Assembly: GCA_965235115.1 (NCBI GenBank)
Contig: OZ249436.1
Coordinates: 42,658,001 to 42,722,000 of the forward strand
Reading direction: 5' to 3'
DNA: 64,000 nt
Source of the DNA: Laetmonice hystrix
Lineage: Eukaryota
Within the stretch, counting starts at the first letter, position 1. Each line of letters starts with the position of its first letter. A program made the translations under genes and the position numbers. Below are positions 61,011-64,000 of the stretch, in pieces. The notes beneath the pieces are model-generated. The model saw nothing but the letters and a program-made list of their open reading frames with translations, did no database searches and was not told the origin of the DNA.

Positions 61011-61476
61011 TTATGTTGCCTTCTGAGATCCCTTCTTGCCAATGAGCGACTTGTGGATATGAGGGATGACACCTGAAACACACAAAGATGACATACAGGA
61101 AAGGTTTCACTCATCGCGTTCAAATGATAAAGTTTCAAGTCCAACTAGGGCACAGCCCAAAGGACTTGGTGGCCCTCGATGGTATTAATTTTCTTTAACA
61201 AGCTTTAAAAGTTACATTAGGACTTTCTACATGAATAAAAGTCAAACATTTTTGTTTAAATGAGTAAAATCATACAACATAATCATCCAAAGACTTCGTT
61301 GGAAGCAATATATGAAAATTTCATTTCACGTTAAAAATTTACTTACCACCACCAGCAATAGTTGCTTTGATGAGGGAATCCAACTCCTCGTCTCCACGGA
61401 TGGCAAGCTGCAAGTGACGGGGCGTGATACGTTTCACCTTCAAGTCCTTACTGGCATTACCTGCCAACTCCAATAC
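61011..61476 (-). CDS. H2AZ: Histone H2A.Z (H2A.V), last two coding exons; upstream exons lie beyond the window
   Basis: Exon 61476-61347 [43 protein letters not shown]; exon 61072-61011 (G)[23 protein letters not shown] intron. Missed by the ORF track. Confidence 0.98.
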
Positions 61477-62406
61477 CTGCAACATTAAGTCTTCTTGTTA
61501 ACAATCGATAAGCTGTTGGGGGGGGGGGGGGGGGGGAGGGGGGAGGGCAGCAGCCCCAGTCTTCACTTTCTTAAATAAGAACAATTTCATACAATGTATA
61601 GCCTATCCATGCTGGGCTTGAAATTAAGAAAATAAGACACTGGCCTCAGTGGCCTGAGAGACTGTCTAGTGGCATACACTATGTAACTAGCTGCCAGGAA
61701 AAATTACTACCCTCAAAAAAGTTGACAAGTTACCAGTGAAAAACTTATATCATTATTTCAGAATTCAATAAGTTTTTATATTCTGAAACCACCTCTTAGT
61801 CCGCTTTTTTTTGGGGGTATACATTTCCGCCAGAAAATAATTAATGGGGGGGGGGGGGGGGCGAGCCCGCCGAAGGGGGGCGGGAACGGGGGGTCTGGGG
61901 GCCCTCCCTCAGAAATTTTTTTTTCAGGAACTCCGGAGATGCGTTTTCCTGGCCTCTCAGAGCGAGAATCTTCACTAAATCTACCACAAAAAAATCCACA
62001 ATTTTTACGCCAAAAACACAAAATTGGCAGTGACAGCAAACAGAATCATACCAACATTTAAATAAATGCATCATTACAATATTATTCAACATCAGAAGGG
62101 AGGATTGTCAGGATTATTCATAGACATTTCGTTGTCGACGTTGAAACTATGTTCAGATAGCTTTAAAAAAAACACTGAGCACTCTGCAGATTGATGGGGG
62201 GATATCCCCCTCATGTCCCAATCATGGGGGGGGGGGGGGATAAATCCCTCCCCTCTGTATGAAACCCTGACTCCATGTTGATACTGAAAATTGTTTATTG
62301 AAGTAAAATGATTTTACATTGCTTTGTTTTAAAAAAGTGCAAAGTCTTTATACTGTACTTGACAATTTTTTTCTTGTAAGAAGAAGTTGACAATTTTACC
62401 ATATAT

Positions 62407-64000
62407 GGGCCATTTTCACAGAAACGTGCCAGTAACGGTAAAGACAATTAAAAAATAAAACTTATTTTGTTTTTGGCCAAAGACAGGTGAATCCCTCTCC
62501 TTTCAATGATATATAAGATTCTACGGAGCTGCAACACTGGAAACTGCAAATTTTTCATAAAGATTGAAAATTAAGTTTTACACGGATGTCTTTACCGTTA
62601 CCATAGTAACAGGAAAGACAGGTGTGTCTTTACCGTTACCATGAAAAGTTAACAAACTTTAGTAGGCCTAGAAGGGAGGTCAAATGAAACAACTATGAGG
62701 TTATTCTGACCTGTTAGAGGTAATATAATACTGTGTCAAGTTGATTGATGCCAAGGCTTTGCATTGAAACAGTAAGAAACTTAACATGTACTGTAACCAG
62801 TAACGGTAAAGAGATGTCTTTACCGTTACTAAGTAACGGTAAAGACATGTCTTTACCGTTACTCTCATCACCTGGATAAAATATTAACTACTAACTTCAT
62901 GAATATTATAAAAACTTTTTTATTTAAACACAAATAGGTAAAAGGAATAATCATAACAGGACTCCCTGAATGATTAAAAATTAATAGAAGGAGCATACTG
63001 GCATAATATCGCCTGCATGACCCTCATCATTTCTGCTTTTGATTTAGGTTTTGAACCACCGGCACGAGGGCATCCTGGATAACTTTAATCTGGAAAAGAT
63101 AGGAAATTTAAAAGTTACACAATGTGATATTTTATATTTTGTTATAATTTTTTTTTACAACATATTAATATACATTTCTTATAATTTCAGAAATACAATG
63201 ACGATGAATAAGTTGTTTACACCTGGAGATGGGAATACTAACTTTTAAAAATTATCATTTAGCATTTGATAATGATAAACCTCCAAATAAGTGGAATCAA
63301 ACTTTTTCATAGCCTAGAAAATTAGTCAGAATTACTTTCTAACAATCCTGTTGGTCTACTCATTTAACATTTTTAGCACATGGAAAAGACCTAAATTCTA
63401 AAGTTCTGAATCAATTTGCCCTTTGACCTTGAAATTTTTTGTTAATGTGCCTTTATCAGTCCACCAGTGTTTTCCAAGATCATACACTGATCCAGAGTCC
63501 AGCAATGTTAAAAAAAAATCTGGATTATATTAATTATGTCTTCACCGTTACCATCTTGTCTCTGCCGTTACCTGTGAAAGGTAATGGTAAAGACAAATTT
63601 CAGTAACGGTAAAGACACCTTTTGAATTCTACAAAATGACTTTTTGCCATGTGCCCCCTAAATTTCTGTTCAGATAAGGACAATAAAACCTGTTTAATTG
63701 ATAAATGTTTGCTACAAAGATTCTATGAGTTTTCATACATTTATTGATGGTAACGGTAAAGACGATTAATTAATGAGACATAATAGATTACGTAAACTTA
63801 CCTGACAGATTCTTACAACAGTTTAAAACATAAGTTTGACTTTGAAGACAATATGGCTTCCTTATATCCTGGTCTTGTTCTGTGTACTGTAGCAGTACCA
63901 TCTGTTGAGTTTGGGTGAAGTTATCTTGTAGCTTGTTGTTTATGGTAACGGTAAAGACATGGGTCTTTCAAAACTCCGGCCAAAGTATCCATGGCAGCAA
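62407..64000. mobile_element. Non-autonomous DNA transposon in an H2A.Z intron, truncated by the window edge
   Basis: Begins ATAT|GGGCCATT like the Sola2-like element; about 13 dispersed GTAACGGTAAAGAC motifs in both orientations; no ORF. Confidence 0.65.

Overview
Intron-rich, AT-rich metazoan genomic DNA, probably an invertebrate. The H2A.Z C-terminus GKKGSQKAT matches the echinoderm type as I recall it, so that assignment is tentative. Left to right: (1) candidate 5' exons of an unidentified minus-strand gene (431-3520), head-to-head with (2) a 12-exon LIM-RA-SARAH RASSF gene (dRASSF/RASSF2-4-6 type, 3886-16402, about 406 aa, one GC-AG intron); (3) a 6.2-kb DNA transposon (22278-28455) with 23-bp terminal inverted repeats and an intact Sola2-like DDD transposase fused to a C-terminal PHD finger, with nested MITEs; (4) a very large TET dioxygenase gene (30680-54895, about 3514 aa if the first exon belongs to it) with intact catalytic residues, no detectable CXXC domain, two GGRG-containing tandem repeat arrays and a polyQ tract; (5) the last two coding exons of a convergent H2A.Z gene. 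Non-coding DNA is dense in MITEs and in the palindrome TAGGCCTA. Comparing the two arms of one MITE suggests this palindrome arises by insertion at TA sites, consistent with a transposon excision footprint. All calls were made by eye; no searches were run.
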